This document shows, one piece after another, positions 40,568 to 50,186 of a stretch of DNA of 64,000 bases. Numbering within the stretch: the stretch's first letter is position 1; each line of letters opens with the position of its first letter. The notes under the pieces were generated by a model. It did not search any database, was not told the origin of the DNA, and saw only the letters and a list, made by a program, of their open reading frames with translations. Source of the stretch: an uncultured archaeon. Lineage in GTDB: Archaea > Thermoproteota > Nitrososphaeria > Nitrososphaerales > Gagatemarchaeaceae. The DNA is taken from the NCBI GenBank assembly GCA_963817525.1, contig CAWFOU010000007.1:1056001-1120000 (forward strand). Reading direction: 5' to 3'. Made by a program: the position numbers and the translations under genes.

Positions 40568-40677
40568 GTCTTGTCGAGCCTTTGGTCTCGGGGAGCTTTA
40601 AAAAATCCGTGGGCGATTCCCAACACTGAGAATACCACCCAACGGTTATTAGAGCGGGGGCGCCCGCTGGCCTCGCC

Positions 40678-40917
40678 GTGTGTGTGACCAGGGTGGCGCA
40701 GGTCATCTCTGTCCAGGGAGACAAGGCGAACGTGAAGTTTGTCGAGAGCGAGGCGACGCGGGTCGTGGACGTGTCGATGGTCGAGACGAGGAAGGGCGGC
40801 TACGTCGAGGTCTTCGCCGACCAGGCCCTCTCGAGCCTGACCAAGGCGGAGGCGGAATGGAGGAAGAAAGTCTGGCTCGACCTGAGGGCCAAGCTGGAAG
40901 AAGCGACCGTCGATTGA
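40678..40917 (+). CDS. hypC: Hydrogenase maturation chaperone HypC/HupF
   Basis: N-terminal MC, OB-fold pattern V..SMV...G.YV.V...A. Confidence 0.75.
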   Translation: MCVTRVAQVISVQGDKANVKFVESEATRVVDVSMVETRKGGYVEVFADQALSSLTKAEAEWRKKVWLDLRAKLEEATVD

Positions 40918-41702
40918 GGAAGCTAGGCGACGGGGGAAAGAAGCTCTCTGGGGAAGAGCGGGGCGAGCTCCTGCACGCCAAGCACGCGCTGGCCCCTAAC
41001 AGCTTGGGATACTGCGGGCCCGACGAGAACGGCAGGATTCTGGAGCACCTCCACGACTCCCTCGTGGACGAGAGCCTCGACTCGACCCTGAAGAGGTTTG
41101 AGGCCGCCTACCCCTTCGTCAGCATGATAGCAAAGTCCACGGGGAAGAGCCCGTTCGACTACGAAGTCGCCGAGGCCTACTGGATAGGGAACGGCCTGCT
41201 GGACAGGGTCGAGCCCTCCGAGTTCTACGAGTTCACGCACGCAGGCCTGAAGGCGCGCCTCCCGAAGCCGGAGATGAAGAGGCTCTTCCGGGACCTCGGT
41301 CCAATGGCGAGGCCGCACCACACGTTCTATGTCCTGGGGATGTACAGCCGCCCCAACGTCCAGTCCTCGCTCCAGCACAAGCTTCTCAACCTCATGGACT
41401 CGTGCAGGATATCCTGGGGGAAGGTCGTCGAGGTCAAGAGCAAGACGCTCGTCGTCGAGCGAGCCCCCCTCTCCCTGGGGGAAGACGAGCTGCTGAGCCT
41501 GACGCCTCCGGAGAAGAAGGAGATCCACTACGACAGCGGGATCCCCAATTTCGAGGGCATCAAAGGCGGCGACTGGGTCACGATCCACTGGAACTTCGCC
41601 AGCGAGAAGCTGACAAGACGCCAGCTCACGAACCTTAGGGCGTACACGAAGATGGACATCGAGGCGACTAACCGGCTCGTCGCTTCGCGCAAGCCCGACT
41701 AG
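40914..41702 (+). CDS. DUF6390-like protein (hypC-associated)
   Basis: APN.LGYCGP, FEAAYP, EAYWIGN.LL, PHH.F.V, D.CRISWG, GDWV..HW; TTG overlaps the hypC stop. Confidence 0.75.
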   Translation: MRKLGDGGKKLSGEERGELLHAKHALAPNSLGYCGPDENGRILEHLHDSLVDESLDSTLKRFEAAYPFVSMIAKSTGKSPFDYEVAEAYWIGNGLLDRVEPSEFYEFTHAGLKARLPKPEMKRLFRDLGPMARPHHTFYVLGMYSRPNVQSSLQHKLLNLMDSCRISWGKVVEVKSKTLVVERAPLSLGEDELLSLTPPEKKEIHYDSGIPNFEGIKGGDWVTIHWNFASEKLTRRQLTNLRAYTKMDIEATNRLVASRKPD

Positions 41703-41828
41703 GCTGGCGGAGGGGACGCCGACCTGACCAACTCGCCCAGGAGCGGATGGCTCTCCCGGAGGCTGTCGGCCCTGACCACGCAGCCCGGATTCGCAGGCCC
41801 TTCCGCGAACCTGGGGTCGTCCGCGTCT

Positions 41829-42980
41829 TTGCTCATCATCCTGACCATGGGGTACGCCGTCTACGCGGCGGACAGGACGGTCCTCTCCTCGGTGCTCGCG
41901 CCGATCTCGACCTCGCTCTCCCTTACCAACTCCGAGATTGGGCTGCTGAGCGCCGCGCAGTACATCGGCGTGACCTGCGTGGTGTTCGCGGCGGGCTTCC
42001 TCTCCGACAGGTACGGCAGGTGGCCGGTGATAATCAGCGGCCTGGCCGTCTTCACCGCCTTCACGTGGCTCATCGGGCTGTCGTCGAGCTTCCTCGAGGC
42101 CTTCGTCTTCCGGCTGGTCAGCGGGTTCGGGGAGGGAGCCTTCTGGCCCGTGGCGATGGCGAGCGTGGCAAGCTACTTCAAGGGGCGGAAGGGGCTGTCG
42201 CTCGGCATATTCTACGTCGGGTTCGACGCGGGGAGCGTGGCCGGGCTCTCGATAGGAGGGGCGGCCTTCTCCCTCTCCTCGAGCTGGAGGCCCGCGTTCT
42301 TCGTCGCCCCGCTACTCGGTCTCTTTGTAATAGCCGGCGCGCTTGTCGCTCGAAAGAGGCTCGCCGCGGCGGGGCAGGGCGTCGGCCACATCGGGCTTGG
42401 GAAGGACGCGCTGCGGCTCCTTCGACGGAGGAACGTGGTCGTGATCATGGCGTTCGCGCTCCTCGCGACCTGGGCAAGCGTGTGGCAGGTCGTCTTCCTC
42501 CCGTACTACTTCTTCAAGGTCATGCACTTCACCGTCCTCTCCTCGGCGCTCCTGTCGTCCCTGGTCACAGTAGCGGGAGCGTGCGGAAAGATAGCCCTGG
42601 GCGGCCTCTCCGACTCTGTGAGGAGGAACAGGCTCCTCGTCGCCGTCACGTTCGCCACCCTCCTCTCCTACCTGCTCTTCTTCTCGTCCCTGAGCTTCGC
42701 CCTGGACATGGCCGGGGCGCTCTCCATGGGCTTCTTCAGCGCCTCGATCTTCCCAGTGGCGCAGGCCCTCATGACCGACAGCGGATCTGGCATGACGGGG
42801 AGCGCGCTGGGGCTGAGCACCTCGGCCCAGTCCGTCGCTACCGTCTTCTCGCCCATCATCGCGGCATCTCTGTTCACGCTCGGGGTAGGCAGAGCTGTCG
42901 CGCTGGACGCACTTATTCCGATTGCGCTGGCCCTCGTCGTCGCCCTGTTTCTGCGCGAGCCGAGGGCGGCGGCCTCGTAG
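41829..42980 (+). CDS. MFS transporter (start may lie upstream, near 41772)
   Basis: LSDRYGR, RLVSGFGEG, GGLSD..RR, 12 TM. Confidence 0.9.
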   Translation: MLIILTMGYAVYAADRTVLSSVLAPISTSLSLTNSEIGLLSAAQYIGVTCVVFAAGFLSDRYGRWPVIISGLAVFTAFTWLIGLSSSFLEAFVFRLVSGFGEGAFWPVAMASVASYFKGRKGLSLGIFYVGFDAGSVAGLSIGGAAFSLSSSWRPAFFVAPLLGLFVIAGALVARKRLAAAGQGVGHIGLGKDALRLLRRRNVVVIMAFALLATWASVWQVVFLPYYFFKVMHFTVLSSALLSSLVTVAGACGKIALGGLSDSVRRNRLLVAVTFATLLSYLLFFSSLSFALDMAGALSMGFFSASIFPVAQALMTDSGSGMTGSALGLSTSAQSVATVFSPIIAASLFTLGVGRAVALDALIPIALALVVALFLREPRAAAS

Positions 42981-43129
42981 CGACTAGCTCGCCGGCGTCA
43001 CCAGGCCGCGGCGGCATCGCGTTTCTGGGCGGCGGACGTCGGTAATTTCCTTCAATACCGTACGCACCATTGAGGCGAAGTCGTCTCTATACATTTCCTT
43101 TAAATGACGGGCAAGGAGCATGCAAATCG

Positions 43130-43633
43130 ATGGCGAGCGAGGGGCTAATGGCAACCGCAGTCCCAATGCGAGTCGCCCTCGAGCCGTTGAACGTCGAAGG
43201 CACGCTCCTCAGTCCTAGACTGACCGAAGTGATGACCGAGGCAATATCAGACGGGGTTTCCAGAGCCATGCTCAGCTCCACGGTCCTGCGAGGAAAGACG
43301 GTCGAAGAGATCTGCTACGAGCAGGGGATACCCCAAAGCTCCTGCTACAGGAGGATGAGGCGCCTCATCGAGGAGGGCGCGATGGTGGTAGAAAGGATGG
43401 TGATCGCCTCCACCGGGAGGAAGTACGCGGTCTACAGGAGCGCGTTCTCCCGCCTGGACATCACGCTCGAGAACGGGGTAGTTTCGGCGTACGCCACAAT
43501 GAATCCGGACGTCGCCCACAAGCTGCGTCACACGCATCGCGCTCCCGAGTCGTCAAGCTCTTCCCATCAAAAGCTGTCGCCCTTCGTCATGCACCGAGGC
43601 GGCGGTCCACAAGCCGTAGCGGCGTCACCCTGA
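43130..43633 (+). CDS. Winged-HTH regulator; paralog of 21799-22230
   Basis: KTVEEIC...IP.SSCYR...L...G...YRSAF; TTTAAAT box about 30 bp upstream. Confidence 0.75.
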   Translation: MASEGLMATAVPMRVALEPLNVEGTLLSPRLTEVMTEAISDGVSRAMLSSTVLRGKTVEEICYEQGIPQSSCYRRMRRLIEEGAMVVERMVIASTGRKYAVYRSAFSRLDITLENGVVSAYATMNPDVAHKLRHTHRAPESSSSSHQKLSPFVMHRGGGPQAVAASP

Positions 43634-43807
43634 AGCGGACCCCCGTCAGGGACGTCCGCTACGGCCCATTCGGCCTCTTGAATCAGACTATTTCGCCAGG
43701 ATACGCACTGAATAAATCAGGGGAAATCTGGCGCCCCGCCAGGTGTAACGATAACGAGCTCTAGCAACGACGGGCAAGAGGAAGAGGCAGTAGTCCAAGA
43801 ACGCGAA

Positions 43808-44053
43808 GTGGAGGCCGAGCCCGGCGCCGAGCCGGTGGAAGAAGCGGAAGAAGAGGCGGAGGCGCACGAGGAGGAGGTAGAGGAGGAGACCGAGGAGAAA
43901 GAGTCCGAAAAGATCGAGGACAGGCTCGACCAGAAGGTCAGCGGCGAGGGTGGCTCTGCAAAGACCAAGAGGAGGAGCGGCAAAAAGAAGAAAGCAAAGG
44001 CGAAGAAGCCTGCCGCAAAGTCCAAGCGCCGAGCCAAGTCGAAGCGCCGATAA
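43808..44053 (+). CDS. Small low-complexity protein, acidic N-half and Lys/Arg-rich C-tail
   Basis: Glu-rich stretch followed by KKKKAKAKKPAAKSKRRAKSKRR; the frame is open further upstream. Confidence 0.55.
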   Translation: MEAEPGAEPVEEAEEEAEAHEEEVEEETEEKESEKIEDRLDQKVSGEGGSAKTKRRSGKKKKAKAKKPAAKSKRRAKSKRR

Positions 44054-44178
44054 CAGCTTCCCCCTCCGAGCAAGTCTGAAGGTTTTCCCTCGCCAATCTG
44101 TTGAACGGACGGGAATTCTCATTTCTGAGAAACTACCCGAGTCTTACTTAAATACGGGAGGAGGACAAAACTCTCACA

Positions 44179-45874
44179 TTGTCGGACGATGCAAAGAAGG
44201 AGACTGAAAGTATCAACACCAAGGGGCTGGCGAGACGCAAGCTTCTCACGGGTGCTGTGGGAGGACTCGTCGTCGGCGCGGTCGCGGGGACCGCGCTCGG
44301 GTCACTTGGGCTTTCCAAAGACGGTAACTCAGCAAGTCACTCAGACCCAGACCGTAACTTCTATTCAATCCGTTTCTGTCCAGGCCGGGCTCCCCGCGAC
44401 GTGGGACTATCAGACTGACGTGGTCGTTGTCGGTGCTGGCGGCGCAGGTCTGTCCGCGGCGACAGGCGCACTGGAGTCTGGGGCGAAGGTCATCGTCCTC
44501 GAGAAGTCAGGGGCGGTGGGCGGCACCACGGCGCTCTCCGGCGGGGGGATGTGGGTTCCAAACTCCAGTCTGGCGGTAGCGGCAGGTCCGCCCAACACAA
44601 TCTCGCAATTCAACCTCCAGGAATACTTGAGCGCCATCGGGGAGGGCGAGCAAGATCAAGACCTCACCACGACATACCTGCAAGGGGCGCCTGGCTGGGT
44701 GGATCACCTGATTCAGACCTACGGGATGAAGTTCGTCCTAGCGACCACCTTCGTAGCTTACTATAACGTGCCTGGAGCGCAGGGCACTGGGCTTCAGGTT
44801 TCTCCAACCGGCGGTGGTCCTGGTGTCAGCGGAGCAGGGCTCGGGATCATTCAGACGCTCCACGGCGCAGTCACGAACATGGGAGGAACCGTCATGGTTT
44901 CGACCCCGGCCACGGCGCTCTACAAGGACGCCACAGGCCGAATTGTGGGCGCGCAGGCGACTTCCGGTACCTCGACAATCAACATAGGTGCAGGTAAGGG
45001 GGTCATCCTTGCTGCTGGCGGGTACGACCAGAACGCCGCGATGATGGCGAACTATCAGCGGGGTCCGGTTCATCTTACCAGCGCCGTAGCCGGAAACACT
45101 GGCGACGGCATTCAGATGGCCATGTTCGCGGGGGCGGACATCGGCAACATGAACAACGCGTGGGGGTGCCCGCACTACAACACCCCGAGCGGCGGCATCC
45201 CAGACTGGTCCCTTATACGCGGCAAGCCTGGAGCGATAGTCGTCAACAGCGCGGGGCAGAGGTTCGCCAACGAGTCGTCCGCTTACCCGGTCTTCAACAG
45301 GACATTCTACGAATGGTCGAACGCCATATACGGCTACCCGAACCTGCCAGGATACACCATCATAGACAACACGTTCAACACCAAATACGGCTTCGTGACA
45401 TATGTCCCCAATTCGACTCCGCCAAGCTATGTGTCAACGGCAAACACCCTTGCAGACCTTGCGACGGCCCTCGGCATCGACCCGGACGGCCTTCAGGCCA
45501 CCGTAACGCAGTTCAACCAGTACGCGGCGAACGGGGTTGACCCTGATTTCCACAGGGGCGAGTTCAGCTTCGATTTGAATACGGCAGGTGACCCGACGAG
45601 GACCGACCTGGCGAACATCTGCCTGGGGCCTATCGAGACCCCTCCCTTCTACGGACTAGAGATAGATCCTGGCACCATAGGCACTTCGGGAGGCCCCAGA
45701 ATAAACTCCAACGCTCAGGTCCTCGACCAGGAGGGCAACACGATTGCCGGGCTCTACGCCGCTGGCAACGACTCGGCCTCTCCGTTCGGGGCGGCCTATC
45801 CGGGCGGGGGAGGCACTGTGGGTCCCGCTACTTTCTTCGGTTGGATTGCTGGCAAAAGCGCGGGAAGCTCCTAG
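44179..45874 (+). CDS. Tat-exported FAD-dependent oxidoreductase, 3-ketosteroid dehydrogenase/fumarate reductase family (one +1 indel near 44310)
   Basis: ARRKLL + TM leader; GAGGAG; GGTTALSGGGMWVPN; RFANE; HRGE; GTSGG; GLYAAGN; YPGGGGT. Confidence 0.85.
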
Positions 45875-46165
45875 CACCGGAACGCCACGCAGGCGATCTG
45901 ACCCCTCCCCATTGGCAGTGACACAAGACCTAAGGGAGAACGGAGGGTGAATAATTTGAAGCCTCTCTCCGTGCCGCGGTGGGTCTTGGATTATTGAAGG
46001 CCAATTTATGATTGATGTCGGCGGGCCGCAAGACAATCCTGGCCAAGTCGAGGTGGCGATGCTACTATCTCATAGAAGAAAAGTCTCATCCGGTTGTTCA
46101 TGAGAATTCTCACCTCTGAGAATCGGCTTCGGGAATTAAATACTCGCCGGACCACAATCAGACCA

Positions 46166-47830
46166 TTGTCTGAAGTGAAGAAAGAATCGGAGAGCATGGA
46201 TGCAAAGGGATTGGCAAGGCGAAGACTCCTCACGGGGGCCGTGGGAGGCCTGGTCGTCGGCGCAGTAGCAGGGGCGGCAGTTGGCTCGCTCGGTTTCCCA
46301 AAGACGGTCACCCAAACACAGACACAAACGATGACGTCCACGAGTTCGACGACGTTGGGAATCCCGACAACCTGGGACTACCAAGCGGACGTCGTCATCA
46401 TGGGCGCCGGCACAAGCGGTCTGTCTGCGGCCCTCGAAGCCGCGGCAGCGGGAGCCAAGGTAATTGTCCTCGAGAAAGAGCCGAGCTCGGCGCTCGCAAA
46501 TTCTGGCCATTGCGCCGGGACCATAGTCGGGGTGAACAGCGCACAGCAGACGGCCGCGGGTATAACGGACTCGCCCTCCATCTACTATGCCGAGTTGACG
46601 GGACCCGGGAGCAACCCTCTCTTCGACCCGGCCGTCGCGATGTCGATTTGCAACAATAGCGGCGCGGCCATAGCTTGGCTGACGCAGCAGGGAATCCAAT
46701 GGGCTCCCTACTGCCCGCTGCTCGACGGCCAGTCTACGGCTCCTCGAATGATGGCCGCTCTGCCGGACTCCTCCACCTACCCGGCCACGCTGAACGCGAA
46801 CGCGGTGAAAGCGGGCGTGCAGATTCTCTATAACACCCCCGTCGGCTCCCTTTACAGGGACCCAGTAAACGGAGTCGTGGGGCTCTCGGCCAAGGCGACG
46901 AGCGGTGTCATCAACGTCAAGGCCAACAGAGCGGTGGTCCTGGCCGCGGGCGACAACGCAGCCAACGCCAAGATGCTGGCGCAAGCCTCCGCAATCCCGA
47001 GCTGGTTCACGACCCTGCCCCCCGAGGGAAGTCCCGGGAGCACAGGAGACGGGATAATCGCGGGAATGGCGGTCGGGGCGGCTCCCGTGGCCTTGGCCAC
47101 CGCTGTCACCGAGCCGTCCTTCGGGTTCGTCGTTGGAAACACAAGGATCGTCCCAGATACCTCGTACGGCTATACACCGGGTTCGACGAATGTCAACGCC
47201 AAGCTCAGCGCCTTCGCATACCAGCCGGCGATACTCTCATACGCCATCTACGTGAACAGTGCCGGGAACAGATACACGAACGAGACGGGCAGCACCGTCG
47301 CTGCGGACACGTTCGCTCTTTCTGACATGAAGTCGTTCATGATCTTCGACAGCGCCCCAGCAAACCTCAACGTGTACATGCACGTCAGCGCAGGACACAC
47401 TCTCTTCAAGGAGTGGCTGGCAGACGGAGCGCTGGCACAGGCGGACACGCTCGACGGCCTGGCCTCATCCCTCGGAATCAACTCGTCAGGCTTGGCGGCT
47501 GGGGTGGCGACGTGGAACGGCAATGTCGCCGCGAACAAGGATTCCAGCTTCGGCAGGACGATTTTCGTCTCCCCGATCAGCACAGGGCCTTTCTATGGCA
47601 TCCCGGCCACTCTGTTCTCGCTTGAGCTCGCCAACGGCACCCTGAACGTCGACGTCGCGACACAAAACGTGCTCGATGAGTCGGGCAACCCCATCCCGAG
47701 ACTCTACGCTGCGGGCGATAACGGCAGGGCAGGGGTGATGGGAGGCGGGCACGGCACGCACATGGTATGGACCTTCATCTCCGGCCGTCAGGCCGGGACT
47801 AGCGCGGCGTCAGAAACCTCCTTGGCGTAG
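46166..47830 (+). CDS. Tat-exported FAD-dependent oxidoreductase (FAD_binding_2 family), paralog of the previous gene
   Basis: ARRRLL + near-identical leader; GAGTSG; TGDG; GNRYTNE; RLYAAG; SGR.AG. Confidence 0.85.
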   Translation: MSEVKKESESMDAKGLARRRLLTGAVGGLVVGAVAGAAVGSLGFPKTVTQTQTQTMTSTSSTTLGIPTTWDYQADVVIMGAGTSGLSAALEAAAAGAKVIVLEKEPSSALANSGHCAGTIVGVNSAQQTAAGITDSPSIYYAELTGPGSNPLFDPAVAMSICNNSGAAIAWLTQQGIQWAPYCPLLDGQSTAPRMMAALPDSSTYPATLNANAVKAGVQILYNTPVGSLYRDPVNGVVGLSAKATSGVINVKANRAVVLAAGDNAANAKMLAQASAIPSWFTTLPPEGSPGSTGDGIIAGMAVGAAPVALATAVTEPSFGFVVGNTRIVPDTSYGYTPGSTNVNAKLSAFAYQPAILSYAIYVNSAGNRYTNETGSTVAADTFALSDMKSFMIFDSAPANLNVYMHVSAGHTLFKEWLADGALAQADTLDGLASSLGINSSGLAAGVATWNGNVAANKDSSFGRTIFVSPISTGPFYGIPATLFSLELANGTLNVDVATQNVLDESGNPIPRLYAAGDNGRAGVMGGGHGTHMVWTFISGRQAGTSAASETSLA

Positions 47831-47885
47831 AAACGAGATGCGCTTACGCATATATCGCAAAGGAAACAAAGAGCCTCGGGGATAG

Positions 47886-48827
47886 ATGCAAGAAAAAGTC
47901 GAGCGCGGCGGAAGGGGGGGCCGCTCCGGCGCTCTCCCGATCGCACTGGTGCTGATCGCCATTTTGTTCGGCGCATCCATTCAGCGAGTGAGTGCGGTAA
48001 CCACGATCACGGCGTATCAAGCGCAGACTCCGGTGACCCTCAACGGAGTCGTGTCTCCGGGTGAATGGTCGGATACCCCGCTGGTAAATATCCCAGAGGC
48101 GGGCATGAACGTAGCCTTCAAGCACAACTCAACTGGTCTCTTCATTCTCATGCAGTGGAGCCAAAATCCCTCTACCTGCACCGACCAATATTGCTACGGA
48201 GGCATCGAGTTCGGTTACCTTAACAACACCGGCCCGATGGGTGACACTGCCACTCCCACCGTCATGCTGCTTCTGAGCACGTCTTTTACGGGAGGTTACG
48301 ACGAATTCATATCAAAGGCCGAAGCCACCCCGACATCGGTCGAGTCCGACGGATACAAGACTCAATCCACGTGCGCTCTAAAGCTCTCGGGCACAAGTTA
48401 CACAGCCGAGTGCTATCGGCCCTTCACCCTGAGCAATGCCTCACCCTACGATCCGTTCCCCGGCCTTGTAGCGGGCTCCCCCCTCGAGGTTGCATTCGCG
48501 GTAGGGGAGTTCGACGCGCCAGGGGACCATGCGGCATCGGACATGAGCACCTACGTCTTGACTTTGAGCAACCAGACATTTTCCGCTACTTCGACCTCCT
48601 CATCATCGACGAGCTCCCAGTCCTCGGCGACGATCAGCTCTTCGATAGCCTCGGCCTCCTCGTCGACGTCGACTGCATCATCGACTCAAACTAGCAGCAC
48701 ATCAACGCTTACCTCGGTCTCCACCTCGCCCACTGCAGCGTCGACCTACGCGGAAGAACTTCTGGTCTTGTCCGTGGGGTTCGCGGTGCTGATCTTGGTG
48801 GTCCTGACGAAATACGAGAGGAACTGA
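47886..48827 (+). CDS. Secreted, C-terminally anchored DOMON/CBM9-like protein with Ser/Thr-rich stalk
   Basis: Signal peptide, LNG...GEW, AFAVG, S/T linker, C-terminal TM. Confidence 0.65.
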   Translation: MQEKVERGGRGGRSGALPIALVLIAILFGASIQRVSAVTTITAYQAQTPVTLNGVVSPGEWSDTPLVNIPEAGMNVAFKHNSTGLFILMQWSQNPSTCTDQYCYGGIEFGYLNNTGPMGDTATPTVMLLLSTSFTGGYDEFISKAEATPTSVESDGYKTQSTCALKLSGTSYTAECYRPFTLSNASPYDPFPGLVAGSPLEVAFAVGEFDAPGDHAASDMSTYVLTLSNQTFSATSTSSSSTSSQSSATISSSIASASSSTSTASSTQTSSTSTLTSVSTSPTAASTYAEELLVLSVGFAVLILVVLTKYERN

Positions 48828-48830
48828 GTT

Positions 48831-49448
48831 ATGGAATTCCTCGGGATACAGATGCTGACGTGGCACGACTTTGTCGTGGAGCTCCACACCGGAGTCGCTG
48901 TCTTCGCAATTCTCGCGATAGTGCTGCGGGTTCTCGTCGACGCCGGCCAGAGGGGGAAGACCAACCCCTCGGGGAGAGTCCTGGAGATACGACAGGGAAC
49001 AGACTTTGTCGCCTACGCCGGGTCGGTAGTCGCCGTGATCTTCCTGGTCGCATCGGGCATAACCGGCTATTACATCCTGCCATACTCGACGCTCGTCAGC
49101 CAGACGATCTACCTCAACAAGGCATTCACTGCACTCGGCGCGCTGTTCTTCTGGTCGGCTTACGCCTTCCTGAGATACTGGTCCGGCCCCAAGATGTGGG
49201 AAAAGAAGGGGCTCTACGCGGTCGCGGTGGCGACTGCCTTCCTCGGCATTCTCTTCACGACGCTCGCGGGCTCAATCGGGGCGGAGCTTTCAATCGGCCA
49301 GTCCGTCCTTACCCCAGTCTACAACGCCCTCTCGATAAACTTCCGGCAGCTCGCGCTGGAGCCGATAGACGTGGAGATAACGGCGGCCCTCCTCGTAATC
49401 GCGATTCTCATAGCGGCGTTCCTCAAACCGTCGCAAACCAAGCGCTAA
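48831..49448 (+). CDS. Membrane protein (about 5 TM)
   Basis: Hydrophobic; starts 3 bp after the previous stop; His in VELH. Confidence 0.65.
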   Translation: MEFLGIQMLTWHDFVVELHTGVAVFAILAIVLRVLVDAGQRGKTNPSGRVLEIRQGTDFVAYAGSVVAVIFLVASGITGYYILPYSTLVSQTIYLNKAFTALGALFFWSAYAFLRYWSGPKMWEKKGLYAVAVATAFLGILFTTLAGSIGAELSIGQSVLTPVYNALSINFRQLALEPIDVEITAALLVIAILIAAFLKPSQTKR

Positions 49449-49560
49449 CAGGTTGGCCTAAGCACTCGAAAAACGAGGGCCCTGCGACGATTCTCAAACT
49501 CGATAATCGCATGTCGGTGTTATAAGCCCAGACCTTCGTTTCCCTGCCAAGGCGTTCGAC

Positions 49561-50106
49561 ATGATTCAAGAGATGCAGGGGAAGTGGGCGGGGAGGTTCA
49601 TCGGGGCTGCCATAGTCCAGGGCCTAATCGTGGCCGTCATAACGGTGCTCATCGTGGAGCCGTGGACCTACTTCAACGTAAAATCTTACTTCAGCCCGGC
49701 CATGGTCATCGCGGGAGGCGGGGGAGGGACGTGGATGTTTACGGGCTACGTCCTCTATCTGATGGTGGGCGTGGTCGCGGTGGCGGTCACCGCGGTCTTC
49801 TACTTCTACATCGAAGACGTAATGGGGAGGCAGTACCACGGTCTGACGAGCGCTCTCGCCTGGGGGCACTTCATCCTGATGAACGTGGGAGTCGCCGGCT
49901 CGATGCTCCTGATGATCTGGGGGGGGTGGGTCGCGGGGTATGCGAGCGCCGCGGTCGCCGAGGGTGGCCTAGGTTTGACGGACGAGCAGATTCACGTGCG
50001 GTACTTGAGCCAGCTCGTCGACCCCATAGGCACGCTGGTCCTCCTGGCAGTTCTTGGGGCAGTTCTTGGCGGCGTGGGATTCGTCATCAGAAGCGGGACG
50101 CGCTAA
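49561..50106 (+). CDS. Four-TM membrane protein of a family recalled from Nitrososphaerota
   Basis: WAGRFI.AA.VQG, IAGGGGGTW, W.HF.LMN.G; family recalled, not verified. Confidence 0.6.
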   Translation: MIQEMQGKWAGRFIGAAIVQGLIVAVITVLIVEPWTYFNVKSYFSPAMVIAGGGGGTWMFTGYVLYLMVGVVAVAVTAVFYFYIEDVMGRQYHGLTSALAWGHFILMNVGVAGSMLLMIWGGWVAGYASAAVAEGGLGLTDEQIHVRYLSQLVDPIGTLVLLAVLGAVLGGVGFVIRSGTR

Positions 50107-50186
50107 GTTTCCCTCTCTACTTGGATTTGGGCCGCAAGATTCGCCCCGGAGGAAGCCTGCGCGGGGCGTGATGACCAGAAGACTGG

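Noticed and set aside
48590-48745. TCG/TCA-rich stretch as a repeat array
   Set aside because: It encodes the Ser/Thr linker of the surface protein.
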